The notes: generated from the sequence alone by a model not told the origin. A stretch of 64,000 nucleotides of DNA from an uncultured Myxococcales bacterium (GCA_964460115.1 CAYWPR010000010.1:55275-119274); one strand, 5' to 3'; counted from the stretch's first letter, positions 19,022 to 28,642 are shown. Program-made: numbers and translations.

Positions 19022-20245
19022 TTAGGGCATTCCTTCTGGGCTGCCTTTGGGAAAAGCCAGAAGCACCGTGGTCGTGTTATGAAACCCGGACATGTCGTCG
19101 TCGTTCAGCGCAATCTCGCCATAGCTTTCAAAGCCGGCCAGCGGCACATTGCCAAGCTCGGCCGCAATGCTGTGCACTGCAGAGCCAAAATTGTCCTCTA
19201 GAATCAGTTTGCGGCAGGCGCAATCGATCACGAGCGCGCCGGCAATCTCGACATTGCCAAGCTGCCTGCGCGCTCGCCGGGCCGCTGCCTGGGCGCTGGC
19301 AATCTGACGCGCGCGCGTGCTGGCCATAAAATGAATCGGTGTTCCTTCCGGCATGCCGCAGGTAAAACCCATCGAGCCGTCTGAATTGCGCTTTAGCGGC
19401 ATGCGAATGCGATACTCTGGACCGTTTTTGATTCCAGTTTCGTACTTTAGAAAGTAGCGCAGGATGTCGCTATCGGTCTTTAGACCCTGAAGGTCGACGC
19501 CGTCCTGCAGCGCCCGTTCGCAAGTTTTCTCCAGAAACACATCCCAGGCGGCGCGGCCGTCGATTTCGTGAACGATGTTGTCGGAAGCGCGAGTAATCGT
19601 CATCGCACCGGAAAACGGCACGTGTCCGTGGCAGACTCCAAGCGCCAGCGGCTGCTTGGAAAAAATCATGGCCACAGCCACGGCATTGCTTTCGACCTTG
19701 TCGTTATAACCCACGTAGGTCTGTTTCAGTTGCCATTCGTCGGCGGCACAGCCACCGCACAGGCGCACACCCGGTCCCAAAAGCGCCGCGGCAATGAGCG
19801 TGGCTTCTTCACCAGCTCCCGCCAGTCCGTCGATAAATAAGATTGCCGTGCGATGCGTATAGCCCTCTTGCTCAGATGGTATATCGGCCAAAGCCTGGGT
19901 GACGGCTTGTTCGACGTTGCCTGCAAGCGGCCGTCCGATGCCGCCAAAGACGCGAAAATCGCCCGCCACGGCAAAAGCGGACACGGCGCCGCTTTGGTCC
20001 CCTTCATGCGTAAACTCGCCAGCGGTGGTCGCGCCAAGAACGATGGGAGCCAAAACGCCGGGTTTTTGTGGCAATGCCGCAGAAAAGGCGGCAAGCACCT
20101 CGGCAAGCGGCTGGCTTAGCGAAGCGAAAATTGTTACCAGCGCCGGCGCACGACCTTCAAGCTGCGCACTCAGCCGCGTCGCCAGCGCTCGACCCGCTGC
20201 TTGTGCACTTCCTTTTTCCAAGGCAACGGCAATCTTCGTTTCCAT
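19022..20245 (-). CDS. FIST domain sensor protein.
   Basis: FIST_N/FIST_C architecture (GATTAGEF ... VCHGHVPFSGAMTITRASDNIVHEIDGRAAWDVF), 407 aa. Confidence 0.75.
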   Translation of the reverse strand: METKIAVALEKGSAQAAGRALATRLSAQLEGRAPALVTIFASLSQPLAEVLAAFSAALPQKPGVLAPIVLGATTAGEFTHEGDQSGAVSAFAVAGDFRVFGGIGRPLAGNVEQAVTQALADIPSEQEGYTHRTAILFIDGLAGAGEEATLIAAALLGPGVRLCGGCAADEWQLKQTYVGYNDKVESNAVAVAMIFSKQPLALGVCHGHVPFSGAMTITRASDNIVHEIDGRAAWDVFLEKTCERALQDGVDLQGLKTDSDILRYFLKYETGIKNGPEYRIRMPLKRNSDGSMGFTCGMPEGTPIHFMASTRARQIASAQAAARRARRQLGNVEIAGALVIDCACRKLILEDNFGSAVHSIAAELGNVPLAGFESYGEIALNDDDMSGFHNTTTVLLAFPKGSPEGMP

Positions 20246-20364
20246 GAATAATTCCTACAATATTTTTGTATTTTAAATTACATATATTGCTTTGTCGATA
20301 GCTCCGGCAGATTGCTAAGGCTTTTTGCATTAGTATTCTGTAAAAAGAATGGAAGGGTGACACG
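20246..20364. promoter_or_regulatory. Markedly AT-rich divergent promoter region between the FIST gene (-) and the glutaredoxin-like gene (+).
   Basis: The sequence aataattcctacaatatttttgtattttaaattacatatattgc is about 25% GC in a roughly 62% GC background. It lies between divergently transcribed genes. Confidence 0.5.
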
Positions 20365-20736
20365 ATGACAAGGCCAGTTCTGGAAAATGCCCACATTCAT
20401 TTCGAAGCAGCACGCCATCTCTCGAACTTTCACGCCGACACCGTGCAGGCGGTTCGCGATGCAGTGGCGCAAAATGACGTAGTGGTCGTGGGGATGGCGC
20501 AAAATCCTCATGTCAAAGGCGTCCGTCAGGCCCTGACTCAGGCGGGCATCGCTTTTAAGTATCTAGAATATGGAAGTTATTTCTCCCAATGGCAGCGGCG
20601 ACTGGCCATTAAGCTGTGGAGCGGCTGGCCGACTTTTCCGCAGGTCTTTGTGCGCGGACAGCTCATCGGTGGTGAAGATCTGACCAAAGCCGCCCTCAGC
20701 AATGGAACGCTGAAAAGTCTGCTTTCGCAACGTTAA
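20365..20736 (+). CDS. Monothiol-glutaredoxin-like protein lacking the active-site cysteine.
   Basis: Grx4-type fold motifs (KLWSGWPTFPQVFVRGQLIGGEDLTKAALSNGTLKSLL matches WPTxPQLYxxGELIGGxDI). Where CGFS is expected the sequence is NPHVKG, with no Cys. Confidence 0.65.
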   Translation: MTRPVLENAHIHFEAARHLSNFHADTVQAVRDAVAQNDVVVVGMAQNPHVKGVRQALTQAGIAFKYLEYGSYFSQWQRRLAIKLWSGWPTFPQVFVRGQLIGGEDLTKAALSNGTLKSLLSQR

Positions 20737-20778
20737 GATGCAAACGCCAGACCGCCGAGCACGCTACAGAATCCATCG

Positions 20779-21975
20779 GTGATGAAAGAACGTATGGCAA
20801 TGAATAAGCCGCATGTCCTAGTCATCGGCGCCGGAATCGGCGGTCTGTCGGCAGCGGTGGCGCTCAAGCGGGCCGGCTGCACCGTCGAAGTTCATGAACG
20901 GGCGTTGCAGTTGCGCCCAGTCGGCGCCGGCCTGACCATTCAGCCAAATGCCATGGCCGCCTTGCGAATTCTGAACGTTGGCAATCAAGTCGAGAAGCAA
21001 GGGCACATTTTGCCCATTGGCGGTCTGGCGCTGGCAAACGGAACCTACCTGAATCATCTACCGGAGGCGCAAAGCCAAGCGCTCATCACCGAAGTAGGAG
21101 CTCCGGCGATCGGCATTCATCGGGCGACTTTGCATGAAATTTTGCTGGAAGCCGCCGGGCCCAAGGTCCTGCATCTAGGCCGTGCCGCAGTGCGTTATGA
21201 ATTCGTAGACAGCGGCGTCCAAGTGTTTTTCAGCGATGGCTCTGTCGTCACAGCGGATGCACTCATTGGCGCCGATGGAGTTCATTCGATTTGCCGACGG
21301 CAACTGCTTGATGATGGAGAACCAGTATACGCGGGATATTTTTGTTGGCGTGGCGTGGCGCCGCTGGCCGCTCCACTAGGCAGCGACTGGGCCGGCGAAG
21401 TCTGGGGCGAAACAGCGCGCTTTGGCGGATGCCAAATTGACGGAGGCCGCTTCTACTGGTTTGTCGTGACCGATGGCCCTGCGGGCCAAAAGGATCCATC
21501 AGAGCAAAGCCAAGCCGCCGTGTTAAAAGCCTTAAGGGGCTTTGGCACAAAGTTTCACGACGTCATTCGCGCAACCGCGGAAACCGCCATTTTTCGCAGC
21601 GATATCAGCGATCGCGATCCCGTGACCAAGTGGGGCGAAGCTAAAATGACGCTGCTTGGCGATGCTGCCCACGCCATGACTCCAAACCTTGGTCAAGGGG
21701 CCTGCCAGGCCATTGAAGATGCTCTGGTTTTGGCTCTGCAGATGCACCAAACGTCAGATATTTCGCTGGCCTTGCGCAACTATGAAAAAATTCGCCAGAC
21801 TCGGGTCAATCGAGTCGTGCTGGCCGCGCGCCGTCTGGGTCAAGTTGCCCACTTTCGCCACCCGCTGGCCAAAAGCTTGCGCAACGGACTGCTGCGCCTC
21901 GTTCCCAATTCCTTTGTGCGCAAGCAACTGGCCGATGCCTGGAAATTGCCGTACCAAGGCTCCTTTGTCTGTTAG
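20779..21975 (+). CDS. FAD-dependent aromatic-ring monooxygenase (salicylate hydroxylase/UbiH-like).
   Basis: GxGxxG (VLVIGAGIGGLSAAVAL), the DG motif (ALIGADGVHSICRRQL) and the GD motif (LLGDAAHAMTPNLGQGACQAIEDA). An alternative start is at 20806. Confidence 0.85.
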   Translation: MMKERMAMNKPHVLVIGAGIGGLSAAVALKRAGCTVEVHERALQLRPVGAGLTIQPNAMAALRILNVGNQVEKQGHILPIGGLALANGTYLNHLPEAQSQALITEVGAPAIGIHRATLHEILLEAAGPKVLHLGRAAVRYEFVDSGVQVFFSDGSVVTADALIGADGVHSICRRQLLDDGEPVYAGYFCWRGVAPLAAPLGSDWAGEVWGETARFGGCQIDGGRFYWFVVTDGPAGQKDPSEQSQAAVLKALRGFGTKFHDVIRATAETAIFRSDISDRDPVTKWGEAKMTLLGDAAHAMTPNLGQGACQAIEDALVLALQMHQTSDISLALRNYEKIRQTRVNRVVLAARRLGQVAHFRHPLAKSLRNGLLRLVPNSFVRKQLADAWKLPYQGSFVC

Positions 21976-23246
21976 GTACCAATGTCAGAACGATAGTGCA
22001 TTCCGCGAAAATGAATTGCAGCGATTCCGGAATAAGCAAGCTGCCGCGCCTGCTCAGGCGTTTGCGCTTGGGCCACTACAGATAGGACTCTTCCGCCGCG
22101 GGTCCATAGCTGTCCGTGATCGTCGCGGCGCATCGCAGCATGAATCAGCCAGCGATCGGCGCGTTCCAGATCGTGGCCTAGCGCGATGGCCTGCGGCTCG
22201 CTAGCGGCGACTTGCGGCTTGGCGTACTCGGCGCTGCATACGACGATGGCGGCCGTTGCCGCATCCGTCTGTTGCAAACGAAAATGCTCGAGCTTGCCAG
22301 CAGCCGTTGCCCAGCACAATCGCAGAAATTCTCCTGAGGCCAAACGCGGCAGGATGACTTGCGCTTCCGGATCGCCCAGCCGGCAGTTAAATTCCAAAAG
22401 CTTAATTCCCGACGAGGTAAGCATCAGCCCCAAATACAGAAATCCCACAAAGGGGGTTCCTTTTGCGCGTAGGGCCGAAAGCGTGGGAACGACGATGCGT
22501 GCGGCCACTTCGGCAACGGTCTCCGAAGTTACCTTGGGATGCGGACACAGGGCGCCCATACCACCGGTATTGGGACCGCGGTGGTCGTCATAAAGGCGTT
22601 TATAGTCAAGCGCCGCAGGCAGGGCCACATACGAGGTTCCGTGGCATGCAAAAATCAGAGATGCCTCGCTGCCCCAAAGGCGCTCTTCCAAAATCAGGGT
22701 TCGGCCAGCGTCGCCGAGCCGCCCTGCGAAAAGCGGCTCGGCCAGCGCCTGACATTCCTCAGGCGTTTCCGGAAGAAAAACGCCTTTGCCGCCGCACAAT
22801 CCATCCGCCTTTAGAACAGGAGTTCGCGCAAACGTCAAAAGCGCCGCGGCAAGTTCCGCACGGCTAGAAACAATGCGAAACGCCGGCGCCGGCAAATCGA
22901 GCGAACTACCTAGTTCACGCGCAAATGCCTTAGACGCTTCGATGCGCGCGGCACCGGCGCTGGGTCCGCAAACCAGCACCTTGGGGCCCAGCGAATTGTG
23001 CAAAGCATCCGCCAAACCGAAACACAGCGGCGCCTCTGGCCCGGGTACAACTAGGTGTACGCCGCGCTGGCGAATGACCTCCACCAAGCCGGCGATGTCG
23101 TTTTCGCCCACGGCCAAGTTTTCTCCGCATTCTGCGGTGCCGGAATTGCCCGGTGCAAACAGCAATTCGACATCGGGCGCGGTTCGCAGCGCTTGTCCCA
23201 TGGCGTGCTCGCGCCCTCCCCCTCCCACCACCAGTAGCTTTTGCAC
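21972..23246 (-). CDS. purD: Phosphoribosylamine--glycine ligase.
   Basis: N-terminus MQKLLVVGGGGREHAMGQAL, an ATP-grasp core and a length of 424 aa. It is convergent with a 4-nt overlap to the monooxygenase. Confidence 0.95.
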   Translation of the reverse strand: MQKLLVVGGGGREHAMGQALRTAPDVELLFAPGNSGTAECGENLAVGENDIAGLVEVIRQRGVHLVVPGPEAPLCFGLADALHNSLGPKVLVCGPSAGAARIEASKAFARELGSSLDLPAPAFRIVSSRAELAAALLTFARTPVLKADGLCGGKGVFLPETPEECQALAEPLFAGRLGDAGRTLILEERLWGSEASLIFACHGTSYVALPAALDYKRLYDDHRGPNTGGMGALCPHPKVTSETVAEVAARIVVPTLSALRAKGTPFVGFLYLGLMLTSSGIKLLEFNCRLGDPEAQVILPRLASGEFLRLCWATAAGKLEHFRLQQTDAATAAIVVCSAEYAKPQVAASEPQAIALGHDLERADRWLIHAAMRRDDHGQLWTRGGRVLSVVAQAQTPEQARQLAYSGIAAIHFRGMHYRSDIGT

Positions 23247-23267
23247 CAGAGGTCCTTTCTTTTCGAT

Positions 23268-25421
23268 TTACGGCTGTACGGACAGGCTGACGTCTATGCG
23301 CGAGCGCCCACGACGTACACGGCGTTCCAATTCTTCATATTTGTAGCGCTTTGTGACATAGCCCGGACTGCGCACGCTGCACTGCTCGCCCGGAGAAACG
23401 GCGCAAAGCCCGGTGCAAATTCGCGGCGGATTCGTCCCGCAGCTGACCGCAGCATTTTCGGGCTGACGGATGCGAAAGCTGACCTGAATGCCGCTAGGCT
23501 GCTGCGGCAGCGATTCTTCATTGCGGCGCTGGCGGGTGGTGGAGCGACTCGGTTCGCTATCGACGGCCGCAGCCGCTGGTTCTTCACTACGCAGCGCGGT
23601 CAGTCCGACTGGCGGCAGGTGGGACGGCGTGGACGGCGGCGTCGGCGGCGGTACGGGCGCTGCGGCCATGGACTGAATCTTAGGTTTTGCTTCGCCAGGG
23701 GACTGCATAGCTTCTACTGGTTTTTTGTCCGAATTTATGCCCAGCAGCAAGTAACCAACTAGGAATAAGAGGCAGGCACCGAGCACAATCAGCCACAGCC
23801 GTTTGGACGTCTTGGCCTGCGGCGGACGCAGAGTTTGTCCCGAAGATTGGCCTTTTAGGTCCAAGCTGGGAGCGGATTCAGCTGGTGAAGCCGAGCTTTT
23901 GCTAAGCTCGCTGCGCGCCGCCCCGGCGGGCTCTGGGGCCAAAAGAGCCCCGCTCGGACCTGTAGCTGGCGCTGTCGGCAATGCGCGGGGCAGCGTCGTT
24001 CGTGTGTCTATATCCAGCGCCGCAGCAGAATCGCCAGGCAGGGCGGATCGCGGTTCCGCAGAAATCGTTGGTTCGCGCACCGTTTCTGTTCCGCCCAGAG
24101 ACCTTTGGTTCAAAAGCGCCGTCGGAGGTGCTGGGGGCGTCGGCAAGGGCGGGAGCGTAACCGCCGCCAAAGGTTGCGGTGGCAAAGTAACGGCGGTCGA
24201 CGGCTTTGCCATGGGCTCGGTATTATGCCGCTCGGACGGATCCAAAGGCTCTGCCGGTTCTTTGGCGCGAACATCCGATAAGCGCTGCGGAATACGCGTC
24301 GCGATCACCGGCTCGGTCACATCATCCGATTGCGCCGCGGTACTGGAACGCCGAGACGAATTTCCCGCGGAATTGGGCAGCATTTGGCTGAGATCGGCAC
24401 GACGGTCGGAACCGCGCATCAGAAACCGCGCTTCGGGCACCGGCCCTAGGCGCTTCAGAAGTTCGCTGGCATCCTTGGGACGGCGCAGCGGCTCAATCGC
24501 CAGCACATCATCAAGAAGCAGTTGCAGTTCGGATGAGAAAGTCTGCGCAGGGCATAACTCACGCAGCGGCTTAGGTCGCGTGACCAGCCGCATCATCGTG
24601 ACGACCGAATCAGACTCTGCGGTCGAAGCCCCCCAAGGCAAGCGCCCGGTCAGCATTTCGATCAAAATCAGCCCGAGCGCGTACACGTCGCTGTACTTGC
24701 CGACGGCACCGGCATCAAGCTGCTCAGGCGCCATGTACAAAGCAGTACCAAGCCGCGTACCAGCCATCGTCTTGCTGCTCGACCGGCCGAGCGGTCCCGT
24801 CGAATCGCCATCAATATTTTGCAGCAGTTTGGCGATGCCAAAATCCAAGACTTTGACAATTTCTTCGAGGCTGCCCTCGTCACTGGCTTTGCGAGAAATA
24901 AACACATTGTCGGGCTTCAGGTCGCGATGGATGATGCCGTTGCGGTGCGCCACGCCCATCGCTTTCACCACGGGAAGCCACAGTTCCATGGCGCGCGCTG
25001 GATCCAAAGCCCCCTCCCGCTCGAGCAGCGCCGCCAGGCTTTGGCCGTCCAGATACTCCATCGCGATATAAATCTGCCCGTCGCCGGTACGGCCGCTGTC
25101 ATAAATGGTGACGGCGTTTGGATGATCCACCGTGCTAGCAGCCAGGGCTTCGCGCTCGAAACGGGCGACCATTTCGGGATTTCGCGTCAGCTCTGCATGT
25201 AGCAGTTTCACCGCCACTTGGCGACCCATGGGAAGCTGCACGGCACGATGCACCGCCCCCATCGTCCCCATCCCTATAAGCCCCTTCAAAATGAAGCGGC
25301 CGGCAAGAATCGTCTCGGATTGCGCAACCTGGCTGCCGTCCTTGGGGCAGAACTGGGTATCGGCCGCATAAACGGCACCGCAAACCGGACAATATCGAGT
25401 GTGTTCCGACGGAGAACTCAC
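23268..25421 (-). CDS. Ser/Thr protein kinase with an N-terminal zinc ribbon, a Pro-rich linker, a TM helix and a PEGA-like C-domain.
   Basis: CPVCGAVY...CPKDG zinc ribbon. Hanks kinase motifs (AVKLL, HRDLKPDNVF, DFGIAK, APE). A Pro/Ala-rich disordered region, a TM segment (LWLIVLGACLLFLVGYLLLGI) and a C-terminal beta-rich domain. Confidence 0.9.
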   Translation of the reverse strand: MSSPSEHTRYCPVCGAVYAADTQFCPKDGSQVAQSETILAGRFILKGLIGMGTMGAVHRAVQLPMGRQVAVKLLHAELTRNPEMVARFEREALAASTVDHPNAVTIYDSGRTGDGQIYIAMEYLDGQSLAALLEREGALDPARAMELWLPVVKAMGVAHRNGIIHRDLKPDNVFISRKASDEGSLEEIVKVLDFGIAKLLQNIDGDSTGPLGRSSSKTMAGTRLGTALYMAPEQLDAGAVGKYSDVYALGLILIEMLTGRLPWGASTAESDSVVTMMRLVTRPKPLRELCPAQTFSSELQLLLDDVLAIEPLRRPKDASELLKRLGPVPEARFLMRGSDRRADLSQMLPNSAGNSSRRSSTAAQSDDVTEPVIATRIPQRLSDVRAKEPAEPLDPSERHNTEPMAKPSTAVTLPPQPLAAVTLPPLPTPPAPPTALLNQRSLGGTETVREPTISAEPRSALPGDSAAALDIDTRTTLPRALPTAPATGPSGALLAPEPAGAARSELSKSSASPAESAPSLDLKGQSSGQTLRPPQAKTSKRLWLIVLGACLLFLVGYLLLGINSDKKPVEAMQSPGEAKPKIQSMAAAPVPPPTPPSTPSHLPPVGLTALRSEEPAAAAVDSEPSRSTTRQRRNEESLPQQPSGIQVSFRIRQPENAAVSCGTNPPRICTGLCAVSPGEQCSVRSPGYVTKRYKYEELERRVRRGRSRIDVSLSVQP

Positions 25422-25799
25422 GAATCAAGGCTCAGATTCTGTGACAGGTTCTCATGTTAGCACGCCTTCCTGACACAGCGTCGGTACAGTTTCATCCGCG
25501 GCTACGCTTTGGCAGACTGGCGTCGATTTTTTGGATTTGCCAAGGCCGATTGCGGAACATGCAAAATTGGCAAATTGGCATGATGATTCATCCAATCGCC
25601 TCGCAGCATATCATCCTGATGCTTGGCGTTTTCGGCAAGCTTGCAAGACCACGTGCAGACGTCGTGCAGCAGTGCCAAAATGATCCGCAGAACTGTGGTT
25701 ACAATGCATGCCATGGTCATGTCATGGCCGTGGCCATGGTGAAAACATATGCCCTGGACTGTAATTTCGCATACTACACTGCCCTACCTTGGTTTAGAA

Positions 25800-26177
25800 A
25801 TGGATCGCAACCGCGGGCTTTTGCGCATGACGCGTACAAGCCTTTCACTTCCAGACAGCGGTCTTGTCGAAACCCTGAAAGAGTTTGCCAAAGAGATGGA
25901 ACGCGTCCTGCCGCGCCCCCAGCGGCAGATGTTTCGCTTGCTGTTTGATACCCGCAATGCTCCCAAAAGATCGACGTCTGAACAGGCCGAGCTCGCGCAA
26001 GCAGAAGTAACGCACTTTTTTCGCGATTTTCCACGCTTGGCGATTCTGCTGCGCACTCCCATCGGAGTCCTGCAAATGCGGCGTATTTTTCGCGACAGTG
26101 GTTTGCATGGTGAAGTGTTTTACGACGAAGCGGCAGCGATAGAATATCTTCTAAAAGCAGAACCGCCGTCACGCTAA
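25800..26177 (+). CDS. Hypothetical protein (125 aa).
   Basis: Coding-like composition from ATG 25800 (MDRNRGLL...). The upstream part of the ORF-track (25749-25799) is low-GC and likely non-coding. No family is recognised. Confidence 0.4.
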   Translation: MDRNRGLLRMTRTSLSLPDSGLVETLKEFAKEMERVLPRPQRQMFRLLFDTRNAPKRSTSEQAELAQAEVTHFFRDFPRLAILLRTPIGVLQMRRIFRDSGLHGEVFYDEAAAIEYLLKAEPPSR

Positions 26178-26328
26178 TCGATAAGTTTCGCGGCCAAGCA
26201 AGCAAAAATTCGCAGCATTGACCGATAAACAGTGATACATACCGCCCCGCCCTTACGGGGCCAAAGCGCTGCGATCAGATTCCTATCTTGCAGCGATATG
26301 AGATAGCCGATTTGACGCGACTACGGTC

Positions 26329-27747
26329 ATGATGAGTAACGCAACGGACGCCATGCATTCTGTCAGTGTTCTTGATTCCGAGCGGCGCGCCCTGACCATC
26401 GGTATACTTCTGACGGTCTTGGCATTTGCCACAGAGGGAATGGGCGTGGTGCCAGCTTTGCCGACGGCCGTGCGCGCGATGTCGGGACTGCGGTTTTTTG
26501 GCTGGGTTTTTTCTGCCTTCATGCTGGCCTGGGTGGTTGGTACTGTTGCGGCGGGACAGATGGCCGACAAATGGGGACCCTATCGGCCGATGGCTCTTGG
26601 CCTTTTGGCTTTTGCGGGAGGCTTACTACTTGCCGCCGCCTCTTTGGGAATGCGGCAATTTCTGGCGGCGCGGGTTCTGCAGGGACTAGGCGGCGGGGCG
26701 ATGGTCGCAGCCTCCTACGTCGCGATTGCACGCGGCTACACAGATGCACTACGCGCCCGCATGATGGCGCTGACCTCTAGCGCATGGATCGTGCCGGCGA
26801 TGGTGGCGCCGCTCGCATCGGGCATTGTGGCAGAACGGTTCGGCTGGCGCTGGGTTTTTGCCGGCATCGTTCCGATGCTGATGTTTGCCGCGGTTCTGGT
26901 GCTGCCGGCGCTTCGGCCCTTTGACCTGCAGCGTCCGGCGACGGCTCCCTCGCGAACGCCCGCCGCATTGCGCCTGGCAATCGGCATGGGACTTATACTT
27001 GGAGCCGTCGATTTGCGGACGATACGGCTGGAACTTAGTCTGCTAAGCGGTGCCGTGGGCGTCCTCCTCCTTTTTCCGGCGCTAAATAGCTTGCTGCCGC
27101 CCGGAACCCTGCGCGGAAAACGCGGTTTGCCAATGGGCCTAGGCCTGCGCGGACTGCTGGTCTTTGGCTTCTTTGGCAGCGAATCGTTTATCCCGCTGGC
27201 GGCCGGAGACCTGCGCAGCGTCAGTTCGGCGCGGGCCGGTCTGGCGCTGACCGCCGGAACCCTCGGCTGGATTGTGGCTTCCTGGGTACAAGAACGGCTG
27301 GATATGCAGGGCGGCAGTGAGGGGCGCACCGCGCGCCTGCGCAGCGGTTTTGGCATCCTTACGGTGGGCATCGTCCTCATGGCGATTACTCTCCTTAGCA
27401 ATCTGCCGTTTCTGCTTTTGCCAATCGGCTGGGCCATCGCCGGATTTGGCATCGGCCTTTCCCACAACACCGGAACGCTGCTGTGCATGGCCGCCGCCCC
27501 CTCTGGTCAAGAGGGCGAAGTCTCCGGCCAGTTGCAGCTTATCGACGCCCTGGGCACAGCCGCCGGAGCCGGCGCCGGCGGAGCACTTTTGACGCTGGTC
27601 GGCCAGTTTGGCCTGTCTGAACGTTTTTTGTACGCCGTGTTCTTTCTCTGTACGAGCCTCGTCCCGCTTTGCGGGGCCCTCTTGGCCGCCCGGGCCGCGG
27701 TCCTGCCCGCTGCGAAACCTGCCAAGTCGACTTCAGAACAGACTTGA
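26329..27747 (+). CDS. MFS transporter.
   Basis: 12-14 TM helices and MFS motifs (GQMADKWGPYRPM; LQGLGGGAMVAASYVAIA). Confidence 0.85.
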   Translation: MMSNATDAMHSVSVLDSERRALTIGILLTVLAFATEGMGVVPALPTAVRAMSGLRFFGWVFSAFMLAWVVGTVAAGQMADKWGPYRPMALGLLAFAGGLLLAAASLGMRQFLAARVLQGLGGGAMVAASYVAIARGYTDALRARMMALTSSAWIVPAMVAPLASGIVAERFGWRWVFAGIVPMLMFAAVLVLPALRPFDLQRPATAPSRTPAALRLAIGMGLILGAVDLRTIRLELSLLSGAVGVLLLFPALNSLLPPGTLRGKRGLPMGLGLRGLLVFGFFGSESFIPLAAGDLRSVSSARAGLALTAGTLGWIVASWVQERLDMQGGSEGRTARLRSGFGILTVGIVLMAITLLSNLPFLLLPIGWAIAGFGIGLSHNTGTLLCMAAAPSGQEGEVSGQLQLIDALGTAAGAGAGGALLTLVGQFGLSERFLYAVFFLCTSLVPLCGALLAARAAVLPAAKPAKSTSEQT

Positions 27748-27784
27748 GCGATGTACAAAAATTGTCTTGTACGTCGAAATTGGC

Positions 27785-28624
27785 ATGATCGGCGGCATGC
27801 TGAAATCGCGACATCGGATGGCGGCTCATTGCCGAATTGTCCTTGCTCTGACGCTGCTCGGCCTGCCCCAGTTCGCCTGGGCGCAAACCGAAACACCTCC
27901 CGCAGCTACCGCCAAACCTCTGGAAATGCCCCTGGAAATTCAGCCGCCGCTACCGGCGCCGCCGATGTATCCACAAGCGGCACAGCCGATGTATCCACAA
28001 GTGGCACAGCCGCAAGATGCACCGGCCCCGCCGAGTACTTTGGATAGCGCCGCGCAACCCCCGCCGCCTTCTAAACCCATCTCGGGTTTTGACTTTATCG
28101 TTCCCAGAGCCTTCGGTCTGACCGCTGGCTGGAGCTACACCCCGACCAATCATCTGCCGCTATCGGCCGATCCCCATGCGCTGACCCCGCAGGGAGTAAA
28201 CGTCGACGCTGCCCTAATGTGGAAAGTGCGTGGCCTCGACGGCATTCGCTGGCCTGCCTGGGTGGGCTTCATGCTCGGCTTTTTTTACTATTTTGGCTCT
28301 AGCGACATCAAAGACAGCGTCGGATTCGACTATGGCATCTACGTGAAGCACAGCGTTTTTCCCGGTCATCGGCTGCGGCTGTTTGTGGGCTATGGACTTG
28401 GCGCCGCGCAAGTCTGGATACGCGGCATAGACGGTCGCGGCATCGGCGCCTTTACGCGGCTTAGTGCCGGAACTGACATCCATCTAACGCGCTGGCTGCA
28501 AATGACCGTGGAGTTTTCTTATCGGTTCTTTGATCTGCCGAGCTTCAAACTGCAAAATACCGACAGCGGAGGCTATGATTTTCAAACCCTTAGTCTTCTC
28601 GCTGGCTTCTTTTTTGGCCGCTGA
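27785..28624 (+). CDS. Secreted Pro-rich / beta-rich outer-membrane-like protein.
   Basis: Signal peptide MIGGMLKSRHRMAAHCRIVLALTLLGLPQFAWAQ. A Pro-rich tandem repeat PMYPQ(A/V)AQ. The C-terminal half has alternating aromatic/small residues and a terminal ...LLAGFFFGR suggestive of a beta-barrel. Confidence 0.6.
   Translation: MIGGMLKSRHRMAAHCRIVLALTLLGLPQFAWAQTETPPAATAKPLEMPLEIQPPLPAPPMYPQAAQPMYPQVAQPQDAPAPPSTLDSAAQPPPPSKPISGFDFIVPRAFGLTAGWSYTPTNHLPLSADPHALTPQGVNVDAALMWKVRGLDGIRWPAWVGFMLGFFYYFGSSDIKDSVGFDYGIYVKHSVFPGHRLRLFVGYGLGAAQVWIRGIDGRGIGAFTRLSAGTDIHLTRWLQMTVEFSYRFFDLPSFKLQNTDSGGYDFQTLSLLAGFFFGR
27962..28009 (+). repeat. 24-nt perfect-but-one tandem duplication inside the CDS (encodes PMYPQAAQ/PMYPQVAQ).
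   Basis: ccgatgtatccacaagcggcacag is immediately followed by ccgatgtatccacaagtggcacag. Confidence 0.8.
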
Positions 28625-28642
28625 TGCCGAGGATAAGGGCTT

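Noticed and set aside
23803-25071. 422-aa plus-strand ORF.
   Set aside because: Antisense to the Ser/Thr kinase gene, and it is a Ser/Arg/Ala-rich low-complexity translation.
26736-27488. 250-aa minus-strand ORF.
   Set aside because: Antisense to the MFS transporter. It is a Pro/Arg/Ser-rich shadow ORF.
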